Below, piece after piece: positions 17,892 through 31,216 of a stretch of 64,000 bases of DNA. How positions within the stretch are numbered: position 1 is the stretch's first letter; each line of letters opens with the position of its first letter. The stretch comes from an uncultured Chloroflexia bacterium (GTDB lineage Bacteria > Chloroflexota > Limnocylindria > Limnocylindrales > CSP1-4), in contig CAVQKO010000004.1 in the NCBI GenBank assembly GCA_963713075.1, positions 943 to 64,942 on the forward strand, written 5' to 3'. The notes below the pieces were generated by a model that was not told the DNA's origin, did no database searches, and was given only the letters and a program-made list of their open reading frames with translations. A program made the position numbers and the translations under genes.

Positions 17892-19907
17892 ATGACGACG
17901 CCCGCCGCCGCCGCGTTCCCCCGCCTGTTCTCGCCGATCACGATCGGCGGCGTGACCATCCGGAACCGCATCCTCTCGTCCGGCCACGACACCGTGATGG
18001 CGGTCGGCGGCCTCGTCACGGACCAGCTGATCGCCTACCAGGAGGCGCGGGCGCGCGGCGGCGCCGGGCTGATCGTGATCCAGGTGGCGGGCGTGCACCC
18101 AACCGCGCGGTACACGTCGTCCGAGCTGACCGCGGACACTGACGCCACGATCCCCGGCTACACCGAGCTGGCCGACGTGATCCACCGCCACGGGGCGAAG
18201 GTGTTCGGGCAGCTGTTCCACGGCGGCCGCGAGATCATGGACACCGAGGACGGGACGCTCGCGGTGGCGTGGGCGCCGTCAGCGGTGCCGACCGAGCGCT
18301 TCCACGTCATCCCGCGGGCGATGACCGAGCGGCTGATCGGCGAGATCATCGAGGGGTTCGGCGCGTCGGCGCTGCGGCTCCAGACCGCCGGGCTCGACGG
18401 CGTGGAGGTGGTGGCGTCGCACGGCTACCTGCCCGCCCAGTTCCTCAACCCGCGGACGAACCTGCGGACTGACGGCTGGGGCGGGGACGAGGCACGGCGG
18501 CTGCGGTTCCTGCGCGAGGCGCTCGCGTCCTGCCGGGCGACGACGCGAGAGGGGTTCGTGGTCGGGCTGCGGATCTCGATCGGCGAGGAGAGCCCCGACG
18601 GCCTGACCGAGGGCGAGGCGATCGAGGCACTGCGCACGCTGGACGCTGCCGGCGCGTTCGACTACGTGTCCATCGTCCGGGGGACCTCGGCCACGCTCGC
18701 CGGCTCGGACCACATCGTGCCGCCGTCGCCCATTCCGGCTGGCTACACCGCGCCGTACGCGGCGAAGGTCAAGGCAGCGGTCAAGGTGCCGGTGCTCGTG
18801 GCCGGGCGGATCACGCAGCCGCAGGATGCGGAGATGATCCTCGCCGCCGGGTCGGCCGACATGTGCGTGATGACCCGCGCGCTGATCTGCGACCCGGAAC
18901 TGCCGGCCAAGGCCGCCGACGGCCGGCTCGACGACATCCGCGCCTGCATCGGCTGCAACCAGGCGTGCATCGGGCACTTCCACGCGGGCTACCCCATCTC
19001 CTGCGTGCAGTTCCCCGAGAGCGGCCGCGAGCGCGAGTTCCCGCGCTACGGCGATCCGGGGCACGCGAAGCACCCGCCGACCGACTCGCCGGCCGACGTG
19101 CTGGTGATCGGCGGCGGCCCGGCCGGGCTAAAGGCGGCGGCGGTCGCGGCCGAGCGGGGCCACCGGGTGACGCTGGTCGAGGCGGAGCGGCGCGTCGGCG
19201 GGCAGGTCCGGCTGGCGCGGCTGCTCCCCGACCGCCACGAGATCGGCGGCGCGATCACGAACCTCGAGGGCGAGGCGCGGCGGGCTGGTGTGAGCATCGT
19301 GACGGGCGTCCGGGCAGATGCCGCGTACGTGCGCGCCAGCGGGGCGCAGGCGGTGATCGTGGCGACGGGCGCGGTGCCGTACCGGCCGCCGATCGAGGTG
19401 AACGGCGACCCCCGCATCGTGCAGACGTGGGACGTGATCCGGGACGCGACCGCCCTGCCGCAGGGCAACGTGGTCGTGGCCGACTTCCGGTCCGACTGGC
19501 TGGGCCTCGGCGTGGCGACACTGCTGGCAGGCCGCGGCTGCCGCGTCACGCTGGCCGTCACGGGCAACATGGCGGGCCAGCGCTGCCAGCAGTACGTGCG
19601 CGACCAGATGACCGCGGCGGCGCGGCGCGCCCACGTGACGATCCTGCCCACGACCCGCCTGTTCGGCGTGGACGAGAGCGCGGTCTACCTGCAGGACGTG
19701 CTGACCGAGGAGGCGGTGGTCGTCGAGGACACGGTGGCGCTCGTGCTCGCCCAGGGCCACGTCCCGGACGACTCGCTCCTCGCGGAGCTCGAGGCGGACG
19801 CGGCGCGCGACAGCACACACCTGGTCCTGGCGGCGGGCGACGTGCAGAGCCCCCGCACGATCGAGGAGGCGGTGCTCGAGGGGCTGCGGGCGGGGGTGTC
19901 CGTGTAG
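17892..19907 (+). CDS. NADH:flavin oxidoreductase (Old Yellow Enzyme TIM barrel) fused to FAD/NAD(P)-binding domain; 2,4-dienoyl-CoA reductase-like
   Basis: ATG at 17892. OYE motifs (HGAKVFGQLFHGGR, VEVVASHGYLPAQFLNPRTN), Fe-S cysteines CIGCNQAC, and the Rossmann motif VLVIGGGPAGL. Confidence 0.85.
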   Translation: MTTPAAAAFPRLFSPITIGGVTIRNRILSSGHDTVMAVGGLVTDQLIAYQEARARGGAGLIVIQVAGVHPTARYTSSELTADTDATIPGYTELADVIHRHGAKVFGQLFHGGREIMDTEDGTLAVAWAPSAVPTERFHVIPRAMTERLIGEIIEGFGASALRLQTAGLDGVEVVASHGYLPAQFLNPRTNLRTDGWGGDEARRLRFLREALASCRATTREGFVVGLRISIGEESPDGLTEGEAIEALRTLDAAGAFDYVSIVRGTSATLAGSDHIVPPSPIPAGYTAPYAAKVKAAVKVPVLVAGRITQPQDAEMILAAGSADMCVMTRALICDPELPAKAADGRLDDIRACIGCNQACIGHFHAGYPISCVQFPESGREREFPRYGDPGHAKHPPTDSPADVLVIGGGPAGLKAAAVAAERGHRVTLVEAERRVGGQVRLARLLPDRHEIGGAITNLEGEARRAGVSIVTGVRADAAYVRASGAQAVIVATGAVPYRPPIEVNGDPRIVQTWDVIRDATALPQGNVVVADFRSDWLGLGVATLLAGRGCRVTLAVTGNMAGQRCQQYVRDQMTAAARRAHVTILPTTRLFGVDESAVYLQDVLTEEAVVVEDTVALVLAQGHVPDDSLLAELEADAARDSTHLVLAAGDVQSPRTIEEAVLEGLRAGVSV

Positions 19908-19991
19908 CCGCCCCGGCATCGATCGGTCCGGGGCCGCGGGTCGGGTCCGCCGGCCCTCGACCCCGTCGGGGGCAGGGGCCACCATCGCGAG

Positions 19992-20447
19992 ATGGCCACA
20001 GCGACCGCCCTCTTCGCGGTGTTCGGCATCGCAGGCCAGGCGCTCCTGGCGGGGTTCTTCGCGGCCCGCCGCTGGGCGCCACCGCGCGCCGACCGCCTCG
20101 GGCGCCTCGCGTACGCGTTCGCAGGGCTCGGGCTCCTGCTGGGCCTGGGGCTGGCCCTCGCCGGCGAGTCGTACCGGCTGTTCGCGGGGCCGCTGCTGAT
20201 GTCGGGCTGGGCCGCCCTCGGCTGGACCGTCGACCTGCGGCGGCCGCGGCCGTGGCGCGGGCCGCCCGCGGACTGGGGCGTGATGGCGCCCTATGTCGCG
20301 CTGTACTTCTTCGCCCAGATGTTCCTGTGGTGGCCGCTGTGGGACGTGGCCCGGCCGGCGTGGGTCGCGTTCGGCGCCCTGTTCGTCGTCAACACGGCGC
20401 TCAACCTACGCGGGCACGCCGAGGCGAGCCGCCGCCAATCGCGCTGA
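19992..20447 (+). CDS. Hypothetical membrane protein
   Basis: Four hydrophobic helices and very high third-position GC in frame. Confidence 0.55.
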   Translation: MATATALFAVFGIAGQALLAGFFAARRWAPPRADRLGRLAYAFAGLGLLLGLGLALAGESYRLFAGPLLMSGWAALGWTVDLRRPRPWRGPPADWGVMAPYVALYFFAQMFLWWPLWDVARPAWVAFGALFVVNTALNLRGHAEASRRQSR

Positions 20448-20567
20448 GGGCAGCCGCTGGTAGGCTGGCGACAACCCGGCGAGCGCAGCCACGCGAGCCG
20501 GGCCAGGACCCGGGAGCGTCGGAACCGCGCCCGGGTCCGCTCTCTTCCGCCCCGAGGGAGGTGCCCC

Positions 20568-20978
20568 ATGGCCGACGGCGCGCTCGAGATGCGGCTGGTC
20601 GTGACAACCGACGACTACGAGGCCGCGCTCCGCTTCTACCGCGATGCGCTGGGCCTGCGCGAAGTCGGCTCGTTCGACGACGGCGGCGGCCACGTGGCGA
20701 TTCTCGACGCGGGGCGCGCCACGCTCGAGATCAGCGATGGGCCGCATGCGGAGCACATCGACCGGCTCGAGGTCGGGCGGCGCGTTGCGGGCCACATCCG
20801 GGTGGCGTTCGGCGTGGCCGACGCGCGGGCGTCGACCGACGCGCTCGTCGCTGCCGGGGCATCGCTCCTCGCCGCACCGGTCGAGACGCCGTGGCGCTCG
20901 CTCAACTCGCGTCTGCTCGCGCCGGCGGGCCTCCAGCTGACGCTGTTCGAGGCGCTCGAGCCCGAGCAGGCAGGGTGA
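20568..20978 (+). CDS. VOC family (glyoxalase/bleomycin resistance/dioxygenase) protein
   Basis: GAGGGAGG SD before the ATG. VOC fold pattern (LEMRLVVTTDDYEAALRFYRDALGLREV ... HVAI ... LEISDGPH ... HIRVAFGVADARAS). Confidence 0.75.
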   Translation: MADGALEMRLVVTTDDYEAALRFYRDALGLREVGSFDDGGGHVAILDAGRATLEISDGPHAEHIDRLEVGRRVAGHIRVAFGVADARASTDALVAAGASLLAAPVETPWRSLNSRLLAPAGLQLTLFEALEPEQAG

Positions 20979-21346
20979 CCCTGGCCGCGACGGCGACGGC
21001 GACGGCGCGATGGTCGGGGGCGTCAGCCGGCCGCGGGCGCGCCGCGAGCACCGGGACGGGCGTCCGCCGCGTTGCCTGGCAGGCGCACTTCCTGCGGCAC
21101 TGACGTCGGTTTGATGCCCCATGGGCAACGCGACGCCGGATTGGCGGTGCGCACGTGCCCCTCGGGTGTCGATCCGTTGCCTGACAGGCGACATGTCGAC
21201 GGGTCTAGGCTGATTCCTGTACCTGCCGGGTTATGGGACGGCGTGCGCCAGGCGTGGGCGCGGCGAGAGCCGCGGGGTGGGGCGGCGGGCGGGAGCGGCG
21301 GGCGTGAGGCGGGAACGGTGGGCGCGGGGCGGGCGGATGACCCCGT

Positions 21347-23179
21347 CTATCCCCGCAGCGCGTGGTAGGCGACCGGGAGCAGCTCGAGCAGGCTGCCGGT
21401 GGCCTCGTGGCGGACGAGGTGCGGGACCAGCCGGTGCGCGTGCCGGTGGCCGATGAACCAGATGGGCTTGGGCCAGGCGCGGAAGGGCGAGCGCACGACG
21501 GTCTTCTCGACGTGCTCGAGCATGAGCGGGTTGTGGACGAAGCCCGTCCCCGAGCCGATGTCGGTGCGCGCGTGGCCCGGGTGCGCGCCCCACGGCGTGA
21601 TCCCGAGGCCGTAGCCGATCGCCGACCAGTGGTTGAGCGAGACCGTGCCGTATCGGAGGTTCGCGACCGCGCGGTCGAGGGCGGGCCGGACCACCGGGTC
21701 CCGCTCGGTCCGCGGGTCCACGATGAGCGTGGCGTTGAGCGTGCCCCACAGCTGTTCGTTCGCGAACGCGGTCGCCCGGTCGAGGAAGTCAGCGGTGTCG
21801 GCAGCGTCGATCACGGTCTCGGCGGTGATGGGGCAGAACGCCTCGAACCGGTAGGCGGGGTCACCCACGGCGTCGGGCGAGAGGCCCGGGATCAGCATCC
21901 ACGGCAGCGCCCCGTCGCCCGCCTCGCCGAACAGCTCGGCCTGCGGGTAGTGCGCGCGGAACGCATCGAACCGCGCCGCGGCGCCCGGGTAGTAGGCGAG
22001 GCGCGGCGGCAGCGCCGCGAGGATGCCGCGGATCCGGTCCATCAGCGCCGCCCGCTGCGGCCAGCAGCCCGCGGTCACGATCACCCGGCTCGTGGTGCAG
22101 TTGAACCCGGAGTTGTTGACCAGCATCGTCGCGATGTTGGCGGCGTGGTAGTCGAGGTCGGCCGCGCTCCACGGCCCCGGCACCACGATGATCGGGGTCA
22201 GGTTGCCGAGCTCCGCGGTGAACGGCTTGTGGAGGATGGGCTCGTCGCGGCGCTTGCGCTCCTCGCCCTCGGGCCCGGCGCCGAACACGATCGCCTCGTA
22301 GGTGCGGTCCGAGCCGGTGACGTGGAGGGTGTCCACCAGCGGATGGTGGGCGAGGTGCCCGCCCTCGGCAGCATCGCCGTAGACGACGCGGACCAGGCCG
22401 GCGTCCACGAGCGGGCCGAGCGCCGCCTCGTGGACGGGCCCGAGGTGCGCCATGACCGGGTGCATCTTGAGCACGACCACCTGGAGCTCGACGAACACCT
22501 TGTGCAGCACGTCGAGCGGCCCGATCGAGGAGGCGTTGCCGGCCCCGAGCACGAGGCACACGCGCGGCGGGGGCGGCGTGCGGTAGGCGCCCGCCATGGC
22601 GGCTTCGACATCCTCGGGCGTGCGTCCGGGCGTCATCCACACGTCGGCCGTCGTGCCCAGGTAGGTCACGCGGTCGATGAGCCCTGCGGGCATCACTCGG
22701 GCGACGACGCGGCCGTCCGCGAGTCGGCGCGTCCCGCCCGGGATCCGGGGGCAGCCGTGGCGCTCGATGTCGCGGAGGGCGTTGCGCAGCAGCCGCGCGC
22801 CGCGCGTGAAGATGTACGGCCCGACGATCGCCTCCTCGGCCGACTCCGGCGCAGCGGGGTCCAGGCCCTCGTGCTCGCAGGCGAGCCGGGTCCAGCGGTC
22901 CGCCACCGCGAGCGTCGCGTGGAGCACCTCGTCGAGCAGGCGAACGCGCTCGGCTGTTGGCGCCGCGACCCACGAGGCGGCGCTGGCGCGCACGTCGGCC
23001 ACGGCCACGTCGAGCCCGGAGAGCGGCGTTGGCCCGGGCCCGGCGACGCGCGGGCTGAACGGGTACGGGCCGGGCGCCACGGCGAAGGGGCCGCGGGTGC
23101 CGGTCTCGGAGGACGTCGGGGCGGTCACGGGCACGAATGCTAGCGCCGCTCCAGCTTCCGGGCACCGCTGCGTTGTCAT
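21347..23179 (-). CDS. Aldehyde dehydrogenase family protein (divergent ALDH-like)
   Basis: ALDH-like core (LVLGAGNASSIGPLDVLHK, ELGNLTPIIVVP, CTTSRVIV) with catalytic-Cys context. The start is uncertain; 23179 was chosen. Confidence 0.7.
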   Translation of the reverse strand: MTTQRCPEAGAALAFVPVTAPTSSETGTRGPFAVAPGPYPFSPRVAGPGPTPLSGLDVAVADVRASAASWVAAPTAERVRLLDEVLHATLAVADRWTRLACEHEGLDPAAPESAEEAIVGPYIFTRGARLLRNALRDIERHGCPRIPGGTRRLADGRVVARVMPAGLIDRVTYLGTTADVWMTPGRTPEDVEAAMAGAYRTPPPPRVCLVLGAGNASSIGPLDVLHKVFVELQVVVLKMHPVMAHLGPVHEAALGPLVDAGLVRVVYGDAAEGGHLAHHPLVDTLHVTGSDRTYEAIVFGAGPEGEERKRRDEPILHKPFTAELGNLTPIIVVPGPWSAADLDYHAANIATMLVNNSGFNCTTSRVIVTAGCWPQRAALMDRIRGILAALPPRLAYYPGAAARFDAFRAHYPQAELFGEAGDGALPWMLIPGLSPDAVGDPAYRFEAFCPITAETVIDAADTADFLDRATAFANEQLWGTLNATLIVDPRTERDPVVRPALDRAVANLRYGTVSLNHWSAIGYGLGITPWGAHPGHARTDIGSGTGFVHNPLMLEHVEKTVVRSPFRAWPKPIWFIGHRHAHRLVPHLVRHEATGSLLELLPVAYHALRG

Positions 23180-23244
23180 GGAGGCGAAAGGACGGCGGGC
23201 CAGACTGCGGCCATCGACCGCCACACCTTTCCGAGGTCACCGCC

Positions 23245-23916
23245 GTGCCCCGACTCACCGCCTCCGATGCCGAGCTGATCCGCCCCCTGCCCTCGGGCGC
23301 CGCCGTGGTCGCCGTCACCGACGACGGCACCGACCCGCGGTACGCGCCGGTCCGCCGGCTGGCTGCCTCGGCGGCCCATCGAATCGGGGGCAGCGTGGTT
23401 TTCTGCGTGGCACCGGCCCGCGACGCATCGCTGCCGCGCTCGAGACCGAGGCTGTTCCTTCCGCCCGTGGACGGCTCCGTGGCGGGACGCGACCACACGG
23501 GGACCCGGTCGAGTGACCTGCTGCTGGCCGAGGCGCGCGACGTGGCGGCCCCCGGCCTGACCGTCGCCATGTGGCTGCCCGCCCGCCACGGACCAGCCGG
23601 CGTGGCGGAGGCGGTGGCAGCGACCGGCGCCTGCCTCGTGCTGGTGCCGACCCGCCCGCGCCGGCGCCTCGCGCTTGACCGCACGCTCGAGTACCTCGCC
23701 GCCCGCGTGTCGGCGCCGGTGGTGGCGGTGTCGCCCGACGGGACGTGGGCAAGCGTCGTTGCGCTCGGGGAGCCGCCCGACGCGGGCGCCGCTCGTTCCG
23801 CAGGCGCCGGATCGGCGCCGGCTGGCGTCGGCCCGCTGACGAGCTTGCGCCTGCCTGTGCCCTCGCACGCTGTCTCCGCGCATCCGGCGCGCGGACCGCG
23901 TAGCCTCATGACGTGA
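23245..23916 (+). CDS. Hypothetical protein
   Basis: In-frame GTG at 23245 with a GAGG 8 nt upstream. The stop overlaps the next gene start (GTGA). Family not recognised. Confidence 0.4.
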   Translation: MPRLTASDAELIRPLPSGAAVVAVTDDGTDPRYAPVRRLAASAAHRIGGSVVFCVAPARDASLPRSRPRLFLPPVDGSVAGRDHTGTRSSDLLLAEARDVAAPGLTVAMWLPARHGPAGVAEAVAATGACLVLVPTRPRRRLALDRTLEYLAARVSAPVVAVSPDGTWASVVALGEPPDAGAARSAGAGSAPAGVGPLTSLRLPVPSHAVSAHPARGPRSLMT

Positions 23917-24248
23917 CCCACGAGTACACGATCCTGACCGGCGGTCGGATCCTCGCGCTGCCCGACGGCGCGTCCGTGCCGGATGCGCCGGCCACGGCCA
24001 TCGCCTGGGCCGGGGACACGGTGCTCGCGGTCGGCACGGACGAGGCTGTGCGCGCCGTGTCCCGCGGCGATTCGCACATCCACGAGCTCGCCGGCGCCAT
24101 CGTCCGGCCGCTCGGTGGCGTTCTGATCGAGCCTGGCTCGCCCGCGGACTTCGAGGTGCTCGACGCCTCGGCCGAGCCGGCCGCTGGTCACCCTCGGCGC
24201 GTGGCGCTGGTCAGGGGCGGCCGCGTGGTGGAGGGGGCGCTGCCGTAG
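23913..24248 (+). CDS. Amidohydrolase-like mini-protein (N- and C-terminal beta-sandwich segments only)
   Basis: GTG at 23913. IAWAGDTVLAVGTDEAVRA ... GDSHIHELAGAIVRPLGGVLIEPG resembles the N-terminus of metal-dependent amidohydrolases, and RVALVRGGRVVEG resembles their C-terminus. The TIM-barrel core is absent. Confidence 0.4.
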   Translation: MTHEYTILTGGRILALPDGASVPDAPATAIAWAGDTVLAVGTDEAVRAVSRGDSHIHELAGAIVRPLGGVLIEPGSPADFEVLDASAEPAAGHPRRVALVRGGRVVEGALP

Positions 24249-24294
24249 CCCGCGGGACCCGCATCGGCATCCGCCGGCGCGTCGCGGGGGGTCC

Positions 24295-27615
<3,321 letters not shown>

Positions 27616-27999
27616 TGACGCCGCGACCTCACCCCATGCGCGTCGTCATGGCACCGCGACGAGCGCTGTCCTTCCCATCGTTCGCCGGCCGGCCGAGAAA
27701 CGGCGAAGCCCCCGACCGGAGAGTGTACGGGCGCCACCGGGCCATCGAGGCGCCATCCCGCACGGGCGTGCCCGCCTGGCCGCCGGGGCGCCTGTGGCCG
27801 ACCGGGCACCGTGCCCAGGGACATCGTCCTGGCGTTGCGCCCGCCCGTCGACCCCCCAAGCGGGGAGCCCCGACCCGCCGACCTGCGTGGAGTGGTCGGC
27901 GGGCCGCGTGGTGCAAGCGGGCCGCGTGGCGGGCCGCACGTGGGGGGCGGTGCTCCTGTCACGGAGCCGTCACGGTTGCCCGCGACGCTTGGTGCCGTC

Positions 28000-28758
28000 A
28001 TGCTGCCCCTCGTGCCGCCCATCGCCTCCGCGCCCGACGCGCCGATCCTCGTCGTGGACGACGACCCCAAGATCGTCGCCCTCGTGCGGATGTACCTCGA
28101 GCGCGAGCGGTATCCCGTGGTCACCGCGGGCGACGGCCGGTCGGCGCTCCGGGCCATCGAGGAGCACGCGCCGCGCCTGGTGGTCCTGGACCTCATGATC
28201 CCCGAGCTCGACGGCTTCGCGGTCATCCGCCGCGCCCGGGCGCTGGGCGACGTGCCGATCCTGATCCTCTCCGCGCGCGGAGCGGTGGGCGACCGCATCC
28301 AGGGCCTCTCCGAGGGCGCCGACGACTACCTGCCCAAGCCGTTCTCGCCGGCCGAGCTGGTGCTCCGGGTCAAGACGATCCTCCGGCGGGCCGAGCGGCC
28401 GGTCCCGATCGCCGGATCCGGCGGCGGCGAGGTGCTCGAGCTGGGCGACCTCGCGCTGGACTCGGGTCGGCACCGGGTCATGGTCGCGGGCGAGGACGTC
28501 GGACTGTCCGCGGTGGAGCTCCGGCTGCTGGCGGCCCTGCTCGACGCGGACGGCCGGGTGCTCTCGCGCATGCAGCTGCTCGACGCGGTGTACGGCGAGG
28601 CCGAGGGCGAGGTCACCGACCGGGCGATCGACCAGTACGTCAAGCGCCTGCGGGAGAAGCTGGGCGACGACCCGGGCGCGCCGCAGTACGTGGAGACCGT
28701 GCGCGGGACCGGGTACCGCGCGGCGGGCCGCGTGGCGCGACGGCGGGACACCGCGTGA
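28000..28758 (+). CDS. OmpR-family response regulator
   Basis: ATG at 28000. Receiver (ILVVDDDPKIV ... VVLDLMIPELDG ... LILSARG ... GADDYLPKPF) plus winged-helix (VETVRGTGYR). Confidence 0.85.
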   Translation: MLPLVPPIASAPDAPILVVDDDPKIVALVRMYLERERYPVVTAGDGRSALRAIEEHAPRLVVLDLMIPELDGFAVIRRARALGDVPILILSARGAVGDRIQGLSEGADDYLPKPFSPAELVLRVKTILRRAERPVPIAGSGGGEVLELGDLALDSGRHRVMVAGEDVGLSAVELRLLAALLDADGRVLSRMQLLDAVYGEAEGEVTDRAIDQYVKRLREKLGDDPGAPQYVETVRGTGYRAAGRVARRRDTA

Positions 28759-28783
28759 GCGGCCCGATGACCAGGGTGGCCGC

Positions 28784-29899
28784 GTGCCAGGGGGCGGCGG
28801 GATGAGGCGCGCCTCGGGCCTGTCGCTGCGGATCCTCGTGGCCGCGCTCGCGGTGGCGGCGGTGTCGATCGCGATCCTCGCGGTCGGGGTCCTGCGGGTG
28901 GGCGGCGACGCGTTCGAGGCGCTGATGATGGCGGCCGGCGCCTCGGCCGACCACGCCAAGGAGATGTTCGACACCAGCGTCGCGGGGGTGGTGGCGATCA
29001 CCGTCGTGGTGGCGGCGGTGGTGGCGTCGGTCCTCGCGGTGATCTCGGCCCGGATGCTCGCGCGGCCCATCGAGCGGCTCGCCGAGGCGGCGGACCGGGT
29101 GGCGGCCGACGGCCCGGCCGAGCGCGTGCCCGAGACGGGGCCGGCCGAGCTCCAGCGCCTGGCCGCGGCCTACAACGCCATGGCCGACCGGCTCGACGAG
29201 CAGGAGGCGCTGCGGCGGGAGTTCATCGTCAACGCCAGCCACGAACTGCGGACGCCGCTGACCAACCTGCAGGGCTATCTCGAGGCGCTGCGCGACGGCG
29301 TGATCGAGCCCGACCCGCGCGTCTTCGATTCGCTCCGCGAGGAGGTGGACCGGCTGTCCCGGCTGGCCGCCTCGCTCGACGTCCTCGCGGCCGCCCCGTG
29401 GGCGGCGATCCAGGCCGATCCCGTGGTGGCCGACGTCGCGGCGGCGACGCGCAGCGCCACCGAGCTCGTGGCGCCGGCCCTCGCCCGCCGCGGGATCGAG
29501 CTCGGCGTCGACGCGGACGCCGCCGTGCGTGCGCGGGTCCGCCCGGACGCCCTTGCGCAGGCGCTCGCGAACCTGCTCCAGAACGCTGAGCGGTACACGC
29601 CCGACGGTGGGCGGGTGGCGGTGACAGCTCGATGCGTGTCGGGCAGCGTCGGCGCCGCCTCGGGCGTGGAGGTGGCGGTGGGCAACTCCGGGCCGGGCAT
29701 TCCGGCCGAGGTGCTCCCGCGCGTGTTCGACCGCTTCTACCGCGTCGAGCAGAGCCGCGACCGGGCGCGGGGCGGCGCAGGCATCGGCCTCGCGATCGTG
29801 CGCCAGTTGGTCGAGGCCGACGGCGGCGTCGTGGACGCGAGCTCGCGCGACGGCTGGACGGAGTTCCGGATGCGCTACCCGGCGGTGACGGCGGGCTGA
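28784..29899 (+). CDS. Sensor histidine kinase (two TM, HAMP, HisKA, HATPase)
   Basis: H-box NASHELRTPL. G boxes [21 protein letters not shown] and GGAGIGLAIVRQLVEADGG. The start could alternatively be 28802. Confidence 0.85.
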   Translation: MPGGGGMRRASGLSLRILVAALAVAAVSIAILAVGVLRVGGDAFEALMMAAGASADHAKEMFDTSVAGVVAITVVVAAVVASVLAVISARMLARPIERLAEAADRVAADGPAERVPETGPAELQRLAAAYNAMADRLDEQEALRREFIVNASHELRTPLTNLQGYLEALRDGVIEPDPRVFDSLREEVDRLSRLAASLDVLAAAPWAAIQADPVVADVAAATRSATELVAPALARRGIELGVDADAAVRARVRPDALAQALANLLQNAERYTPDGGRVAVTARCVSGSVGAASGVEVAVGNSGPGIPAEVLPRVFDRFYRVEQSRDRARGGAGIGLAIVRQLVEADGGVVDASSRDGWTEFRMRYPAVTAG

Positions 29900-30004
29900 C
29901 CCTCGTCCGGCAGTCCGCGCACGCCAGCGGAGATGCGCGTGCGCCGGCGGCGCCCGGCGGGCCCGCGGCCCCTCCGGTCGGCCGATCGGGCCTACCATCG
30001 GGCC

Positions 30005-30880
30005 ATGTCGACCATCCTGGTGACCGGTGCCGGGCGCGGGCTCGGCCGGGTGACCGCCGAGAAGCTCGCCCGGGCCGGCCATCACGTCGTGCTCCACGCC
30101 CGGCGCCCCGAGGCGGCGCGGGCCGCCGCCGCGGCGATCCGTGCCGCGAAACCCGGCGCCCAGATCAGCCCGCACGCGGCCGACCTCTCGACGATGTCGA
30201 CCGTGCGCACCCTCGCCGCCGACGTCCTGGCCGCCCACCCGCAGCTGGACGCCGTCCTCCACGTCGCGGGCGTCATGCAGCAGAGCGAGACCCGCCGCCT
30301 GACCGCCGACGGCTTCGAGGAGACACTGGCGGTCAACACGCTCGCGCCATTCCTGCTCACAGGCCTCCTGCTGCCGGCGCTGGAGCGGTCACCCGCCGCC
30401 CGGATCGTCAACGTGAGCTCGCGGCGCCACCTGCCCGACTCGCACGGGGCGCCGGTGGACTTCGACCTCGACGACCCGATGCTCGAGCGCGGCTACGACC
30501 CGGACCGCGCCTACAAGAACTCCAAGCTCGCGGTGCTGTGGGTCACGCGCGAGCAGGCGGGCCGTCTGGCGGGCGGGCCGATCACCGCGAACGCCGTGTG
30601 CCCGGGGTTCGTGCCCCTGACCGCGTCGGACTCCGCGCGCGGGCTCAAGCGCGCCTTCATGCGCACGGTGCTGGTGCGGATGCCGTTCGCCGTGTCGGTG
30701 GACGCGGCAACCGATTCGCTCGTGTTCACGGCCGCCGACCCGTCGCTCGACGGGGTCACGGGCGCGTTCTACGGCGAGCGGCACCCGATCGAGTCGAGCC
30801 CCGATTCACGCGACGCGACGAAGGCCGCGCGCTTCTGGGCGCTTGCCGAGGAGCTGACCGGCTTCACGTGGCCGCGCTGA
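30005..30880 (+). CDS. SDR family oxidoreductase
   Basis: ATG at 30005. Motifs TGAGRGLG and NVSS...YKNSKLAV (YxxxK). Confidence 0.85.
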   Translation: MSTILVTGAGRGLGRVTAEKLARAGHHVVLHARRPEAARAAAAAIRAAKPGAQISPHAADLSTMSTVRTLAADVLAAHPQLDAVLHVAGVMQQSETRRLTADGFEETLAVNTLAPFLLTGLLLPALERSPAARIVNVSSRRHLPDSHGAPVDFDLDDPMLERGYDPDRAYKNSKLAVLWVTREQAGRLAGGPITANAVCPGFVPLTASDSARGLKRAFMRTVLVRMPFAVSVDAATDSLVFTAADPSLDGVTGAFYGERHPIESSPDSRDATKAARFWALAEELTGFTWPR

Positions 30881-31216
30881 GCGGGAAGCCGCCTCCCCGC
30901 TGCCGCCCCTCCGCGGCGCCAGTCCGCCGCCGGCGCCCCTCCGCCGCGTTTCCTGCAGATGGCCGTGGTGCGCCCCGTAGCCGCGGACCTGCCCCGCGCC
31001 GGGCGGTGTGGCGCCGCGGCCCGAGCACGGGGCCGACCGGCGTCTTCCTTGGATGGCCGTGGGGCGGCCCTTGGACGGAAGATATCCGGAAACGGGCCGC
31101 CGAGCGACCGTCTGGGGGGAACTCGGCGGATAGGGGCCGCCGGGAGGGCAAACGGCGGAAACGCGGGCGGCGAACGGCGGAAAGGCGGGGGGGGCGGCGG
31201 CGCGCGGGCCAGGCGG

